A DNA stretch of 64,000 nt from Malacoraja senta (Eukaryota): the NCBI GenBank assembly GCA_038087875.1, contig JAXLNO010000385.1, forward strand, positions 1,426,001 through 1,490,000. Direction: 5' to 3'. Under the pieces are notes generated by a model. That model did no database searches, had not been told where the DNA came from, and saw only the letters and a program-made list of their open reading frames with translations. Shown in pieces: positions 36,601 to 51,600 of the stretch. Numbering within the stretch: the stretch's first letter is position 1; each line of letters begins with the position of its first letter. A program made the translations under genes and the position numbers.

Positions 36601-39600
36601 CATTTTCAAAGCATACCACCTTTGGCATTTTCAATGCAAACCTTTTGCATTTTCAAAGCAACCCACCGTTTGCATTTTCAAAGCTAACTACAGTTTGCAT
36701 TTTCAAAGCAAACCAACTTTTGCATTTTTAAAGCAAACCACCTTTTGCATTTTAAAGCGAAACATTTCTCGCATTTTCAAAACAAACCTTTTGCATTTTC
36801 AAAGCAAACAACCTTTTGCATTTTCAAACCAAACCACCTTTTGCATTTTCAAAGCAAACCACCTTTTGGATTTTCAAAGCAAACCACAAATTGCATTGTC
36901 AAAGCAAACCAGCTTTTGATTTTCAAAGCAAACCACCATTTGCATTTTCAAACCAAACCACCATTTGCATTTTCAAAGCAATCCTTTTGCATTTTGAAAG
37001 CAAATCTTTTGCATTTTCAAAGCAAACCACCATTTGCATTTTCAAAGCAAAGTACCATTTGCATTTTCAAAGCAAACCACCATTTGAATTTTCAAAGGAA
37101 ACCACTTTTTACGTTTTCAAAGCAAACCACCTTTTGCATTTTCAAAGCAAACCACCTTTTGCATTTTCAAAGCAAACCACCATTTACATTTTCCAATCAA
37201 ACCTTTTGCATTTTCAAAGCAAACCTATTTTGCATTTGCTAAACAAACCACCTTTGCATTTTCGAAGCAAATCGATATTTGCATTTTCGAAGCAAACCGC
37301 CATTTGCATTTTCGAAGCAAACCATTTGCATTTTAAATGGACACCACCTTTTGCATTTTAAAGGCAAACCACCTTTTGCATTTTCAAAGCAAACCACAAA
37401 TTGCATTGTCAAAGCAAACCACCTTTTGCATTTTCAAAGCAAACCACCATTTGCATTTTCAAACCAAACCAACATTTTCATTTTCAAAGCAATCTTTTTG
37501 AATTTTCAAAGCAAATCTTTTGCATTTTCAAAGCAAACCTTTTGCATTTTCAAAGCAAACCACCTTTTGCATTTTCAAAGCAAACCATCTTTTGCATTTT
37601 CAAACCAACCAACATTTGCATTTTCAAAGCAATCCTTTTGCATTTTAAAAGCAAATGTTTTGCATTTTCAAAGCAAACCACCTTTTGCATTTTCAAAGCA
37701 AACCACATTTAGCATTTTCAAAGGAAACCACCTTTTGCATGTTCAAAGGAAACGACTTTTTACATTTTCAAAGCAAACCACCTTTTGCATTGACAAAGGA
37801 AACCACCATTTGCATACCTTTTGCATTTACATATCAACCCTTTACATTTTCAAAGCAAACCACCTTTTACATTTGCAAAGCAAAGCACCTTTTGCATTTT
37901 CATAGCAAACCACCTTTTGCATTTTAAAGTGAAACATTTCTTGCATTTTCAAAGCGAACCACCTTTTGCATTTTCAAAGCAGACCGCCAATTGCATTTTC
38001 AAAGCAAACCACATTTTGCATTTTCAAAGCAAAGCACCTTTTGCAGTTTCAATGTAAACCACCATTTGTATTTTCAAACCAACCAACATTTGCATTTTCA
38101 AAGCAATCCTTTAGTATTTTAAAAGCAAATGTTTTGCATTTTCAAAGCAAACTATTTGCATTTTCAAAGCAAACCACCATTTGCATTATCAAAGCAAACC
38201 ACCATTTGCATTTTCAAAGCATACGTTTTGCATTTTCAAATCAACCCTTGGCATTTTCAAAGCAATCAACCATTTGCATTTTCAAAGCAAACAACCATTT
38301 GCATTTTCAAAGCAAACCTTTTGCATTTTCAAAGTGAACGTTTTGCATTTTCAATGCAAACCTTTTGCATTTTCAAAGCAACCCACCGTTTGCATTTTCA
38401 AAGCAAACTACAGATTGCATTTTCAAAGCAAACCAACGTTTACATTTTTAAAGCAAACCACCTTTTGCATTTTAAAGCGAAACATTTCTCGCATTTTCAA
38501 AGCAAACCACCTTTTGCATGTTCGAAGCAAACCGCTATTTGTATTTTCGAAGCAAACCGCCATTTCCATTTTTAAATTTTCAATGGAAACCACCTTTTGA
38601 ATTTTAAAGGCAAACCATTTTTCGTATTTTCAAAGCAAACCACCTTTTGTATTTTCAAAGCAAACAACCTTTTGCATTTTCAAATCAAACCACCTTTTGC
38701 ATTTTCAAAGCAAACCACCTTTTGCATTTTCAAAACAAACCACAAATTGCATTGTCAAAGCTATCCAGCTTTTGATTTTCAAAGCAAACCACCATTTGCA
38801 TTTTCAAACCAAACCACCATTTGCATTTTCAAAGCAATCCTTTTGCATTTTCAAAGCAAATCTTTTGCATTTTCAAAGCAAACGACAATTTGCATTTTCA
38901 AAGCAAACCACCATTTGCATTTTCAAAGCAAACCACAATTTGCATTTTCAAAGGAAACCACTTTTTACATTTTCAAAGCAAACCACCTTTTGCATTTTCA
39001 AAGCAAACCACCTTTTTCATTTTCACAGCAAACACAAATTTACATTTTCAAAGCAAACATCCATTTACATTTTCAAATCAAATCTTTTGCATTTTCAAAG
39101 CAAACATATTTTGCATTTGCTAAACAAACCACCTTTTGCATTTTCGAAGCAAACAGATATTTGCATTTTCGAAGCAAACCGCCATTTCCATTTTCGAAGC
39201 AAACCGTTTGCATTTTAAATGGAAACCACCTTTTGCATTTTAAAGGCAAACCACCTTTTGCATTTTCAAAGCAAACCACAAATTGCATTGTCAAGGCAAA
39301 CCACCTTTTGCATTTTCAAAGCAAACCACCATTTGCATTTTCAAACCAAACCAACATTTTCATTTTCAAAGCAATCCTTTTGCATTTTCAAAGCAAATCG
39401 TTTGCATTTTCAAAGCAAACCTTTTGCATTTTCAAAGTAAACCACCATTTGCATTTTCAAAGCAAACCACAATTTGTATTTTCAAAACAAACCACTTTTT
39501 ACATTTTCAAAGCAAACCAACTTTTGCATTTTCAAAGCAAACTTTTGCATTTTCAAAGCAAACCACCATTTGCATTTTCAAACCAAACCACCACTTTCAT

Positions 39601-42600
39601 TTCCAAAGCAATCCTTTTGCATTTTCAAAGCAAACCTTTTGCATTTTCAAAGCTAACCTTTTGCATTTTCGAAGCAAACCACCATTTGCATTTTCAAGCA
39701 AACCACAATTTGCATTTTCAAAGCAAACCACTTTTTACATTTTCAAAGCAAACCACCTTTTGCATTTTCAAAGTAAATCACTTTTTTACATTTTCAAAGC
39801 AAACCACCTTTTGCATTTTCAAAGCAAACCACCTTTTGCATTTTTATAGCAAACCACCTTTTGCATTTTAAAGCAAAACATTTCTCGCATTTTCAAAGCA
39901 AACCACCTTTTGGTTTTTCAAAGCAAACCATCAATTGCATTTTCAAAGCAAACCATATTTTGCATTATCAAAGCAAAGAACCTTTTGCATTTTCAATGCA
40001 AACCACCATTTGCATTTTCAAACCAACCAACATTTGCATTTTCAAAGCAATCCTTTTGCATTTTAAAAGCAAATGTTTTGCATTTTCAAAGCAAACCACC
40101 TTTTGCATTTTCAAAGCAAACCACATTTAGCATTTTCAAAGGAAAGCACCTTTTGCATTTTCAAAGGAAACGACTTTTTACATTTTCAAAGCTAACCACA
40201 TTTAGCATTTTCAAAGGAAACCACCATTTGCATTTTCAAAGCATACCTTTTGCATTTACTTTGCAACCCTTTACATTTTCAAAGCAAACCACCTTTTACA
40301 TTTCCAAAGCAAACCAACTTTTGCATTTTGGAAGCAAACCGCTATTTGCATTTTCGAAGCAAACCGCCATTGCCATTTTCGAAGCAAACCTATTGCATTT
40401 TCAATGGCAATCACCTTTTGCATTTTCAAAGCAAAACATTTTTCGCATTTTCAAAGCAAATCACCTTTTGCATTTTCAAAGCAAACCACCTTTGCATTTT
40501 CAAAGCAAGCCAACTTTAGCATTTTCAAAGCAAACGACAAATTACATTGTCAAAGCAAACCACCTTTTGCATTTTCAAAGCAAACCACCATTTGCATTTT
40601 TAAACCAAACCACCATTTGCATTTTCAAAGCAACTCTTTTGCATTTTCAAAGCAAACCTTTTGCATTTTATAAAGCAAACCACCATTTGCATTTTCAAAG
40701 TAAACCACCATTTGCGTTTTCAAAGCAAACCACAATTTGTATTTTCAAAGCAAACCATTTTTACATTTTCAAAGCAAACCAACTTTTGCATTTTCAAAGC
40801 AAACTTTTGCATTTTCAAAGCAAACCACCATTTGCATTTTCAAAGCAAACCACCATTTGCATTTTCAAACCAAACCACCATTTTCATTTTCAAAGCAAAC
40901 CACAATTTGTATTTTCAAAGCAAACCACTTTTTACATTTTCAAAGGAAACCAACTTTTGCATTTTCAAAGCAAACTTTTGCATTTTCAAAGCAAACCACC
41001 ATTTGCATTTTCAAAGCAAACCACCATTTGCATTTTCAAACCAAAGCACCATTTGCATTTTCAAGCAAACCACAATTTGCATTTTCAAAGCAAACCACTT
41101 TTTACATTTTCAAAGCAAACCACCTTTTGCATTTTCAAAGCAAATCACTTTTTTTCAATTTTCAAAGCAAACCACCTTTTGCATTTTCAAAGCAAACCAC
41201 CTTTTGCATTTTTATAGCAAACCACCTTTTGCATTTTAAAGCAAAACATTTCTCGCATTTTCAAAGCAAACCACCTTTTGGTTTTTCAAAGCAAACCATC
41301 AATTGCATTTTCAAAGCAAACCATATTTTGCATTATCAAAGCAAAGCACCTTTTGCATTTTCAATGCAAACCACCATTTGCGTTTTCAAACCAACCAACA
41401 TTTGCATTTTCAAAGCCATCATTTTGCATTTTAAAAGCAAATGTTTTGCATTTTCAAAGCAAACCACCTTTTGCATTTTCAAAGCAAACCACATTTAGCA
41501 TTTTCAAAGGAAACCACCTTTTGAATTTTCAAAGGAAACGACTTTTTACATTTTCAAAGCAAACCACATTTAGCATTTTCAAAGGAAACCACCATTTGCA
41601 TTTTCAAAGCATACCTTTTGCATTTACATAGCAACCCTTTACATTTTCAAAGCAAACCACCTTTTACATTTCCAAAGCAAACCACCTTTTGCATTTTCGA
41701 AGCAAACCGCTATTTGCATTTTCGAAGCAAACCACCATTTCCATTTTCGAAACAAACCTATTGCATTTTCAATGGCAACCACCTTTTGCATTTTCAAAGC
41801 AAAACATTTTTCGAATTTTCAAAGCAAATCACCTTTAGCATTTTCAAAGCAAACCACCTTTGCATTTTCAAAGCAAGCCAACTTTAGCATTTTCAAAGCA
41901 AACCACAAATTACATTGTCAAAGCAAACCACCTTCTGCATTTTCAAAGCAAACCACCATTTGCATTTTTTAACCAAACCACCATTTGCATTTTCAAAGCA
42001 ACCCTTTAGCATTTTCAAAGCAAACCTTTTGCATTTTATAAAGCAAACCACCATTTGCATTTTCAAAGTAAACCACCATTTGCATTTTCAAAGCAATCCA
42101 CAATTTGTATTTTCAAAGCAAACCTCTTTTTACATTTTCAAAGCAAACCAACTTTTGCATTTTCAAAGCAAACCACCACTTGCATTTTCAAAGCAAACCA
42201 CCATTTGCATTTTCAAACCAAAGCACCATTTGCATTTTCAAGCAAACCACAATTTGCATTTTCAAAGCAAACCACTTTTTACACTTTCAAAGCAAACCAC
42301 CTTTTGCATTTTCAAAGCAAATCACTTTTTTTCAATTTTCAAAGCAAACCACCTTTTGCATTTTCAAAGCAAACCACCTTTTGCATTTTTATAGCAAACC
42401 ACCTTTTGCATTTTAAAGCAAAACATTTCTCGCATTTTCAAAGCAAACCACCTTTTGGTTTTTCAAAGCAAACCATCAATTGCATTTTCAAAGCAAACCA
42501 TATTTTGCATTATCAAAGCAAAGCACCTTTTGCATTTTCAATGCAAACCACCATTTGCGTTTTCAAACCAACCAACATTTGCATTTTCAAAGCAATCATT

Positions 42601-45600
42601 TTGCATTTTAAAAGCAAATGTTTTGCATTTTCAAAGCAAACCACCTTTTGCATTTTCAAAGCAAACCACATTTAGCATTTTCAAAGGAAACCACCTTTTG
42701 AATTTTCAAAGGAAACGACTTTTTACATTTTCAAAGCAAACCACATTTAGCATTTTCAAAGGAAACCACCATTTGCATTTTCAAAGCATACCTTTTGCAT
42801 TTACATAGCAACCCTTTACATTTTCAAAGCAAACCACCTTTTACATTTCCAAAGCAAACCACCTTTTGCATTTTCGAAGCAAACCGCTATTTGCATTTTC
42901 GAAGCAAACCACCATTTCCATTTTCGAAACAAACCTATTGCATTTTCAATGGCAACCACCTTTTGCATTTTCAAAGCAAAACATTTTTCGAATTTTCAAA
43001 GCAAATCACCTTTTGCATTTTCAAAGCAAACCACCTTTGCATTTTCAAAGCAAGCCAACTTTAGCATTTTCAAAGCAAACCACAAATTACATTGTCAAAG
43101 CAAACCACCTTCTGCATTTTCAAAGCAAACCACCATTTGCATTTTTTAACCAAACCACCATTTGCATTTTCAAAGCAACCCTTTAGCATTTTCAAAGCAA
43201 ACCTTTTGCATTTTATAAAGCAAACCACCATTTGCATTTTCAAAGTAAACCACCATTTGCATTTTCAAAGCAATCCACAATTTGTATTTTCAAAGCAAAC
43301 CTCTTTTTACATTTTCAAAGCAAACCAACTTTTGCATTTTCAAAGCAAACCACCACTTGCATTTTCAAAGCAAACCACCATTTGCATTTTCAAACCAAAC
43401 CACCATTTTCATTTTCAAAGCAAATCTTTTGCATTTTCAAAGCAAACCTTTTGCATTTTCAAAGCAAACCACCTTTTGCATTTTCAAAGCAAACCACTTT
43501 TTAAAATTTTCAAAGCAAACCACCTTCTGCATTTTCAAAGCAAACCACCTTTTGCATTTTTATAGCAAACCACCTTTTGCATTTTAAAGCAAAACATTTC
43601 TCGCATTTTCAAAGCAAACCACCTTTTGGTTTTTCAAAGCAAACCATCAATTGCATTTTCAAAGCAAACCATATTTTTGCATTTTCAAAGCAAACACTTT
43701 TGCATTTTCAAAGCAAACCAATTTTTGCATTTTCAAAGCAAACTTTTGCATTTTCAAAGCAAACCACCATTTGCATTTTCAAAGCAAGCCACCATTTGCA
43801 TTTTCAAACCAAACCACCATTTTCATTTTCAAAGCAATCTTTTTGCATTTTCAAAGCAAATCTTTTGCATTTTCAAAGCAAACCTTTTGCATTTTCAAAG
43901 CAAACCACCATTTGCATTTTCAAGCAAACCACAATTTGCATTTTCAAAGCAAACCACTTTTTACATTTTCAAAGCAAACCACCTTTTGCATTTTCAAAGC
44001 AAATCACTTTTTTAAATTTTCAAAGCAAACCACCTTTTCCATTTTCAAAGCAAACCACCTTTTGCATTTTCAAAGCAAATCACTTTTTTAAATTTTCAAA
44101 GCAAACCACCTTTTCCATTTTCAAAGCAAAACCACCTTTTGCATTTTCAAAACAAACCACCTTTTGTATTTTTATAGCAAACCAACTTTTGCATTTTAAA
44201 GCAAAACATTTCTCGCATTTTCAAAGCAAACCACCTTTTGTTTTTTCAAAACAAACCACCTTTTGTTTTTTCAAAGCAAACCATCAATTGCATTTTCAAA
44301 GCAAACCATATTTTGCATTATCAAAGCAAAGCACTTTTGCATTTTCAATGCAAACCACCATTTGCATTTTCAAACCAACCAACATTTGCATTTTCAAAGC
44401 AATCCTTTTGCATTTTAAAAGCAAATGTTTTGCATTTTCAAAGCAAACCACTTTTTGCATTTTCAAAGCAAACCACATTTAGCATTTTCAAAGGAAACCA
44501 CCTTTTGCATTTTCAAAGGAAACGACTTTTTACATTTTCAAAGCAAACCACATTTAGCATTTTCAAAGGAAATCACCATTTTCATTTTCAAAGCATACCT
44601 TTTGCATTTACACAGCAACCCTTTACATTTTCAAAGCAAACCACCTTTTACATTTCCAAAGCAAACCACCTTTTGCATTTTCGAAGCAAACCGCTATTTG
44701 CATTTTCGAAGCAAACCGCCATTTCCATTTTCGAAGCAAACCACCGTTTCAATGGCAACCACCTTTTGCATTTTCAAAGCAAAATATTTTTCGCATTTTC
44801 AAAGCAAACCACCTTTGCATTTTCAAAGCAAGCCAACTTTAGCATTTTCAAAGCAAACAACAAATTACATTGTCAAAGCAAACCACCTTTTGCATTTTCA
44901 AAGCAAACCACCATTTGCATTTTTAAACCAAACCACCATTTGCATTTTCAAAGCAACCCTTTTGCATTTTCAAAGCAAACCTTTTGCATTTTATAAAGCA
45001 AACCACAATTTGCATTTTCAAAGGAAACCACTTTTTACATTTTCAAAGCAAACCACCTTTTGCATTTTCAAAGCAAACCACCTTTTTCATTTTCACAGCA
45101 AACACAAATTTACATTTTCAAAGCAAACATCCATTTACATTTTCAAATCAAATCTTTTGCATTTTCAAAGCAAACATATTTTGCATTTGCTAAACAAACC
45201 ACCTTTTGCATTTTCGAAGCAAACAGATATTTGCATTTTCGAAGCAAACCGCCATTTCCATTTTCGAAGCAAACCGTTTGCATTTTAAATGGAAACCACC
45301 TTTTGCATTTTAAAGGCAAACCACCTTTTGCATTTTCAAAGCAAACCACAAATTGCATTGTCAAGGCAAACCACCTTTTGCATTTTCAAAGCAAACCACC
45401 ATTTGCATTTTCAAACCAAACCAACATTTGCATTTTCAAAGCAAACCTTTTGCATTTTCAAAGTAAACCACCATTTGCATTTTCAAAGCAAACCACAATT
45501 TGTATTTTCAAAACAAACCACTTTTTACATTTTCAAAGCAAACCAACTTTTGCATTTTCAAAGCAAACTTTTGCATTTTCAAAGCAAACCACCATTTGCA

Positions 45601-48600
45601 TTTTCAAACCAAACCACCACTTTCATTTCCAAAGCAATCCTTTTGCATTTTCAAAGCAAACCTTTTGCATTTTCAAAGCTAACCTTTTGCATTTTCGAAG
45701 CAAACCACCATTTGCATTTTCAAGCAAACCACAATTTGCATTTTCAAAGCAAACCACTTTTTACATTTTCAAAGCAAACCACCTTTTGCATTTTCAAAGT
45801 AAATCACTTTTTTACATTTTCAAAGCAAACCACCTTTTGCATTTTCAAAGCAAACCACCTTTTGCATTTTTATAGCAAACCACCTTTTGCATTTTAAAGC
45901 AAAACATTTCTCGCATTTTCAAAGCAAACCACCTTTTGGTTTTTCAAAGCAAACCATCAATTGCATTTTCAAAGCAAACCATATTTTGCATTATCAAAGC
46001 AAAGAACCTTTTGCATTTTCAATGCAAACCACCATTTGCATTTTCAAACCAACCAACATTTGCATTTTCAAAGCAATCCTTTTGCATTTTAAAAGTAAAT
46101 GTTTTGCATTTTCAAAGCAAACCACCTTTTGCATTTTCAAAGCAAACCACATTTAGCATTTTCAAAGGAAAGCACCTTTTGCATTTTCAAAGGAAACGAC
46201 TTTTTACATTTTCAAAGCTAACCACATTTAGCATTTTCAAAGGAAACCACCATTTGCATTTTCAAAGCATACCTTTTGCATTTACTTAGCAACCCTTTAC
46301 ATTTTCAAAGCAAACCACCTTTTACATTTCCAAAGCAAACCAACTTTTGCATTTTGGAAGCAAACCGCTATTTGCATTTTCGAAGCAAACCGCCATTGCC
46401 ATTTTCGAAGCAAACCTATTGCATTTTCAATGGCAATCACCTTTTGCATTTTCAAAGCAAAACATTTTTCGCATTTTCAAAGCAAATCACCTTTTGCATT
46501 TTCAAAGCAAACCACCTTTGCATTTTCAAAGCAAGCCAACTTTAGCATTTTCAAAGCAAACGACAAATTACATTGTCAAAGCAAACCACCTTTTGCATTT
46601 TCAAAGCAAACCACCATTTGCATTTTTAAACCAAACCACCATTTGCATTTTCAAAGCAACTCTTTTGCATTTTCAAAGCAAACCTTTTGCATTTTATAAA
46701 GCAAACCACCATTTGCATTTTCAAAGTAAACCACCATTTGCGTTTTCAAAGCAAACCACAATTTGTATTTTCAAAGCAAACCATTTTTACATTTTCAAAG
46801 CAAACCAACTTTTGCATTTTCAAAGCAAACTTTTGCATTTTCAAAGCAAACCACCATTTGCATTTTCAAAGCAAACCACCATTTGCATTTTCAAACCAAA
46901 CCACCATTTTCATTTTCAAAGCAAACCACAATTTGTATTTTCAAAGCAAACCACTTTTTACATTTTCAAAGGAAACCAACTTTTGCATTTTCAAAGCAAA
47001 CTTTTGCATTTTCAAAGCAAACCACCATTTGCATTTTCAAAGCAAACCACCATTTGCATTTTCAAACCAAAGCACCATTTGCATTTTCAAGCAAACCACA
47101 ATTTGCATTTTCAAAGCAAACCACTTTTTACATTTTCAAAGCAAACCACCTTTTGCATTTTCAAAGCAAATCACTTTTTTTCAATTTTCAAAGCAAACCA
47201 CCTTTTGCATTTTCAAAGCAAACCACCTTTTGCATTTTTATAGCAAACCACCTTTTGCATTTTAAAGCAAAACATTTCTCGCATTTTCAAAGCAAACCAC
47301 CTTTTGGTTTTTCAAAGCAAACCATCAATTGCATTTTCAAAGCAAACCATATTTTGCATTATCAAAGCAAAGCACCTTTTGCATTTTCAATGCAAACCAC
47401 CATTTGCGTTTTCAAACCAACCAACATTTGCATTTTCAAAGCAATCATTTTGCATTTTAAAAGCAAATGTTTTGCATTTTCAAAGCAAACCACCTTTTGC
47501 ATTTTCAAAGCAAACCACATTTAGCATTTTCAAAGGAAACCACCTTTTGAATTTTCAAAGGAAACGACTTTTTACATTTTCAAAGCAAACCACATTTAGC
47601 ATTTTCAAAGGAAACCACCATTTGCATTTTCAAAGCATACCTTTTGCATTTACATAGCAACCCTTTACATTTTCAAAGCAAACCACCTTTTACATTTCCA
47701 AAGCAAACCACCTTTTGCATTTTCGAAGCAAACCGCTATTTGCATTTTCGAAGCAAACCACCATTTCCATTTTCGAAACAAACCTATTGCATTTTCAATG
47801 GCAACCACCTTTTGCATTTTCAAAGCAAAACATTTTTCGAATTTTCAAAGCAAATCACCTTTTGCATTTTCAAAGCAAACCACCTTTGCATTTTCAAAGC
47901 AAGCCAACTTTAGCATTTTCAAAGCAAACCACAAATTACATTGTCAAAGCAAACCACCTTCTGCATTTTCAAAGCAAACCACCATTTGCATTTTTTAACC
48001 AAACCACCATTTGCATTTTCAAAGCAACCCTTTAGCATTTTCAAAGCAAACCTTTTGCATTTTATAAAGCAAACCACCATTTGCATTTTCAAAGTAAACC
48101 ACCATTTGCATTTTCAAAGCAATCCACAATTTGTATTTTCAAAGCAAACCTCTTTTTACATTTTCAAAGCAAACCAACTTTTGCATTTTCAAAGCAAACC
48201 ACCACTTGCATTTTCAAAGCAAACCACCATTTGCATTTTCAAACCAAACCACCATTTTCATTTTCAAAGCAAATCTTTTGCATTTTCAAAGCAAACCTTT
48301 TGCATTTTCAAAGCAAACCACCTTTTGCATTTTCAAAGCAAACCACTTTTTAAAATTTTCAAAGCAAACCACCTTCTGCATTTTCAAAGCAAACCACCTT
48401 TTGCATTTTTATAGCAAACCACCTTTTGCATTTTAAAGCAAAACATTTCTCGCATTTTCAAAGCAAACCACCTTTTGGTTTTTCAAAGCAAACCATCAAT
48501 TGCATTTTCAAAGCAAACCATATTTTTGCATTTTCAAAGCAAACACTTTTGCATTTTCAAAGCAAACCAATTTTTGCATTTTCAAAGCAAACTTTTGCAT

Positions 48601-51600
48601 TTTCAAAGCAAACCACCATTTGCATTTTCAAAGCAAGCCACCATTTGCATTTTCAAACCAAACCACCATTTTCATTTTCAAAGCAATCTTTTTGCATTTT
48701 CAAAGCAAATCTTTTGCATTTTCAAAGCAAACCTTTTGCATTTTCAAAGCAAACCACCATTTGCATTTTCAAGCAAACCACAATTTGCATTTTCAAAGCA
48801 AACCACTTTTTACATTTTCAAAGCAAACCACCTTTTGCATTTTCAAAGCAAATCACTTTTTTAAATTTTCAAAGCAAACCACCTTTTCCATTTTCAAAGC
48901 AAACCACCTTTTGCATTTTCAAAGCAAATCACTTTTTTAAATTTTCAAAGCAAACCACCTTTTCCATTTTCAAAGCAAAACCACCTTTTGCATTTTCAAA
49001 ACAAACCACCTTTTGTATTTTTATAGCAAACCAACTTTTGCATTTTAAAGCAAAACATTTCTCGCATTTTCAAAGCAAACCACCTTTTGTTTTTTCAAAA
49101 CAAACCACCTTTTGTTTTTTCAAAGCAAACCATCAATTGCATTTTCAAAGCAAACCATATTTTGCATTATCAAAGCAAAGCACTTTTGCATTTTCAATGC
49201 AAACCACCATTTGCATTTTCAAACCAACCAACATTTGCATTTTCAAAGCAATCCTTTTGCATTTTAAAAGCAAATGTTTTGCATTTTCAAAGCAAACCAC
49301 TTTTTGCATTTTCAAAGCAAACCACATTTAGCATTTTCAAAGGAAACCACCTTTTGCATTTTCAAAGGAAACGACTTTTTACATTTTCAAAGCAAACCAC
49401 ATTTAGCATTTTCAAAGGAAATCACCATTTTCATTTTCAAAGCATACCTTTTGCATTTACACAGCAACCCTTTACATTTTCAAAGCAAACCACCTTTTAC
49501 ATTTCCAAAGCAAACCACCTTTTGCATTTTCGAAGCAAACCGCTATTTGCATTTTCGAAGCAAACCGCCATTTCCATTTTCGAAGCAAACCACCGTTTCA
49601 ATGGCAACCACCTTTTGCATTTTGAAAGCAAAATATTTTTCGCATTTTCAAAGCAAACCACCTTTGCATTTTCAAAGCAAGCCAACTTTAGCATTTTCAA
49701 AGCAAACAACAAATTACATTGTCAAAGCAAACCACCTTTTGCATTTTCAAAGCAAACCACCATTTGCATTTTTAAACCAAACCACCATTTGCATTTTCAA
49801 AGCAACCCTTTTGCATTTTCAAAGCAAACCTTTTGCATTTTATAAAGCAAACCACCATTTGCATTTTCAAAGTAAACCACCATTTGCCTATTCAAAGCAA
49901 ACCACAATTTGTATTTTCAAAGCAAACCACTTTTTACATTTTCAAAGCAAACCAACTTTTGCATTTTCAAAGCAAACTTTTGCATTTTCAAAGCAAACCA
50001 CCATTTGCATTTTCAAAGCAAACCACCATTTGCATTTTCAAACCAAACCACCATTTTCATTTTCAAAGCAATCCTTTTGCATTTTCAAAGCAAATCTTTT
50101 GCATTTTCAAAGCAAACCTTTTGCATTTTCAAAGCAAACCACCTTTTGCATTTTCAAAGCAAACCATCTTTTGCATTTTCAAACCAACCAACATTTGCAT
50201 TTTCAAAGCAATCCTTTTGCATTTTAAAAGCAAATGTTTTGCATTTTCAAAGCAAACCACCTTTTGCATTTTCAAAGCAAACCACATTTAGCATTTTCAA
50301 AGGAAACCACCTTTTGCATGTTCAAAGGAAACGACTTTTTACATTTTCAAAGCAAACCACCTTTTGCATTGACAAAGGAAACCACCATTTGCATACCTTT
50401 TGCATTTACATATCAACCCTTTACATTTTCAAAGCAAACCACCTTTTACATTTGCAAAGCAAAGCACCTTTTGCATTTTCATAGCAAACCACCTTTTGCA
50501 TTTTAAAGTGAAACATTTCTTGCATTTTCAAAGCGAACCACCTTTTGCATTTTCAAAGCAGACCGCCAATTGCATTTTCAAAGCAAACCACATTTTGCAT
50601 TTTCAAAGCAAAGCACCTTTTGCAGTTTCAATGTAAACCACCATTTGTATTTTCAAACCAACCAACATTTGCATTTTCAAAGCAATCCTTTAGTATTTTA
50701 AAAGCAAATGTTTTGCATTTTCAAAGCAAACTATTTGCATTTTCAAAGCAAACCACCATTTGCATTATCAAAGCAAACCACCATTTGCATTTTCAAAGCA
50801 TACGTTTTGCATTTTCAAATCAACCCTTGGCATTTTCAAAGCAATCAACCATTTGCATTTTCAAAGCAAACCACCATTTGCATTTTCAAAGCAAACCTTT
50901 TGCATTTTCAAAGTGAACGTTTTGCATTTTCAATGCAAACCTTTTGCATTTTCAAAGCAACCCACCGTTTGCATTTTCAAAGCAAACTACAGATTGCATT
51001 TTCAAAGCAAACCAACGTTTACATTTTTAAAGCAAACCACCTTTTGCATTTTAAAGCGAAACATTTCTCGCATTTTCAAAGCAAACCACCTTTTGCATGT
51101 TCGAAGCAAACCGCTATTTGTATTTTCGAAGCAAACCGCCATTTCCATTTTCGAAGCAAACCTATTAAATTTTCAATGGAAACCACCTTTTGAATTTTCA
51201 AACCAACCATTTGCATTTTGCATTATCAAAGCAAAGAACCTTTTGCATTTTCAATGCAAACCACCATTTGCATTTTCAAACCAACCAACATTTGCATTTT
51301 CAAAGCAATCCTTTTGCATTTTAAAAGCAAATGTTTTGCATTTTCAAAGCAAACCACCTTTTGCATTTTCAAAGCAAACCACATTTAGCATTTTCAAAGG
51401 AAAGCACCTTTTGCATTTTCAAAGGAAACGACTTTTTACATTTTCAAAGCTAACCACATTTAGCATTTTCAAAGGAAACCACCATTTGCATTTTCAAAGC
51501 ATACCTTTTGCATTTACTTAGCAACCCTTTACATTTTCAAAGCAAACCACCTTTTACATTTCCAAAGCAAACCAACTTTTGCATTTTGGAAGCAAACCGC

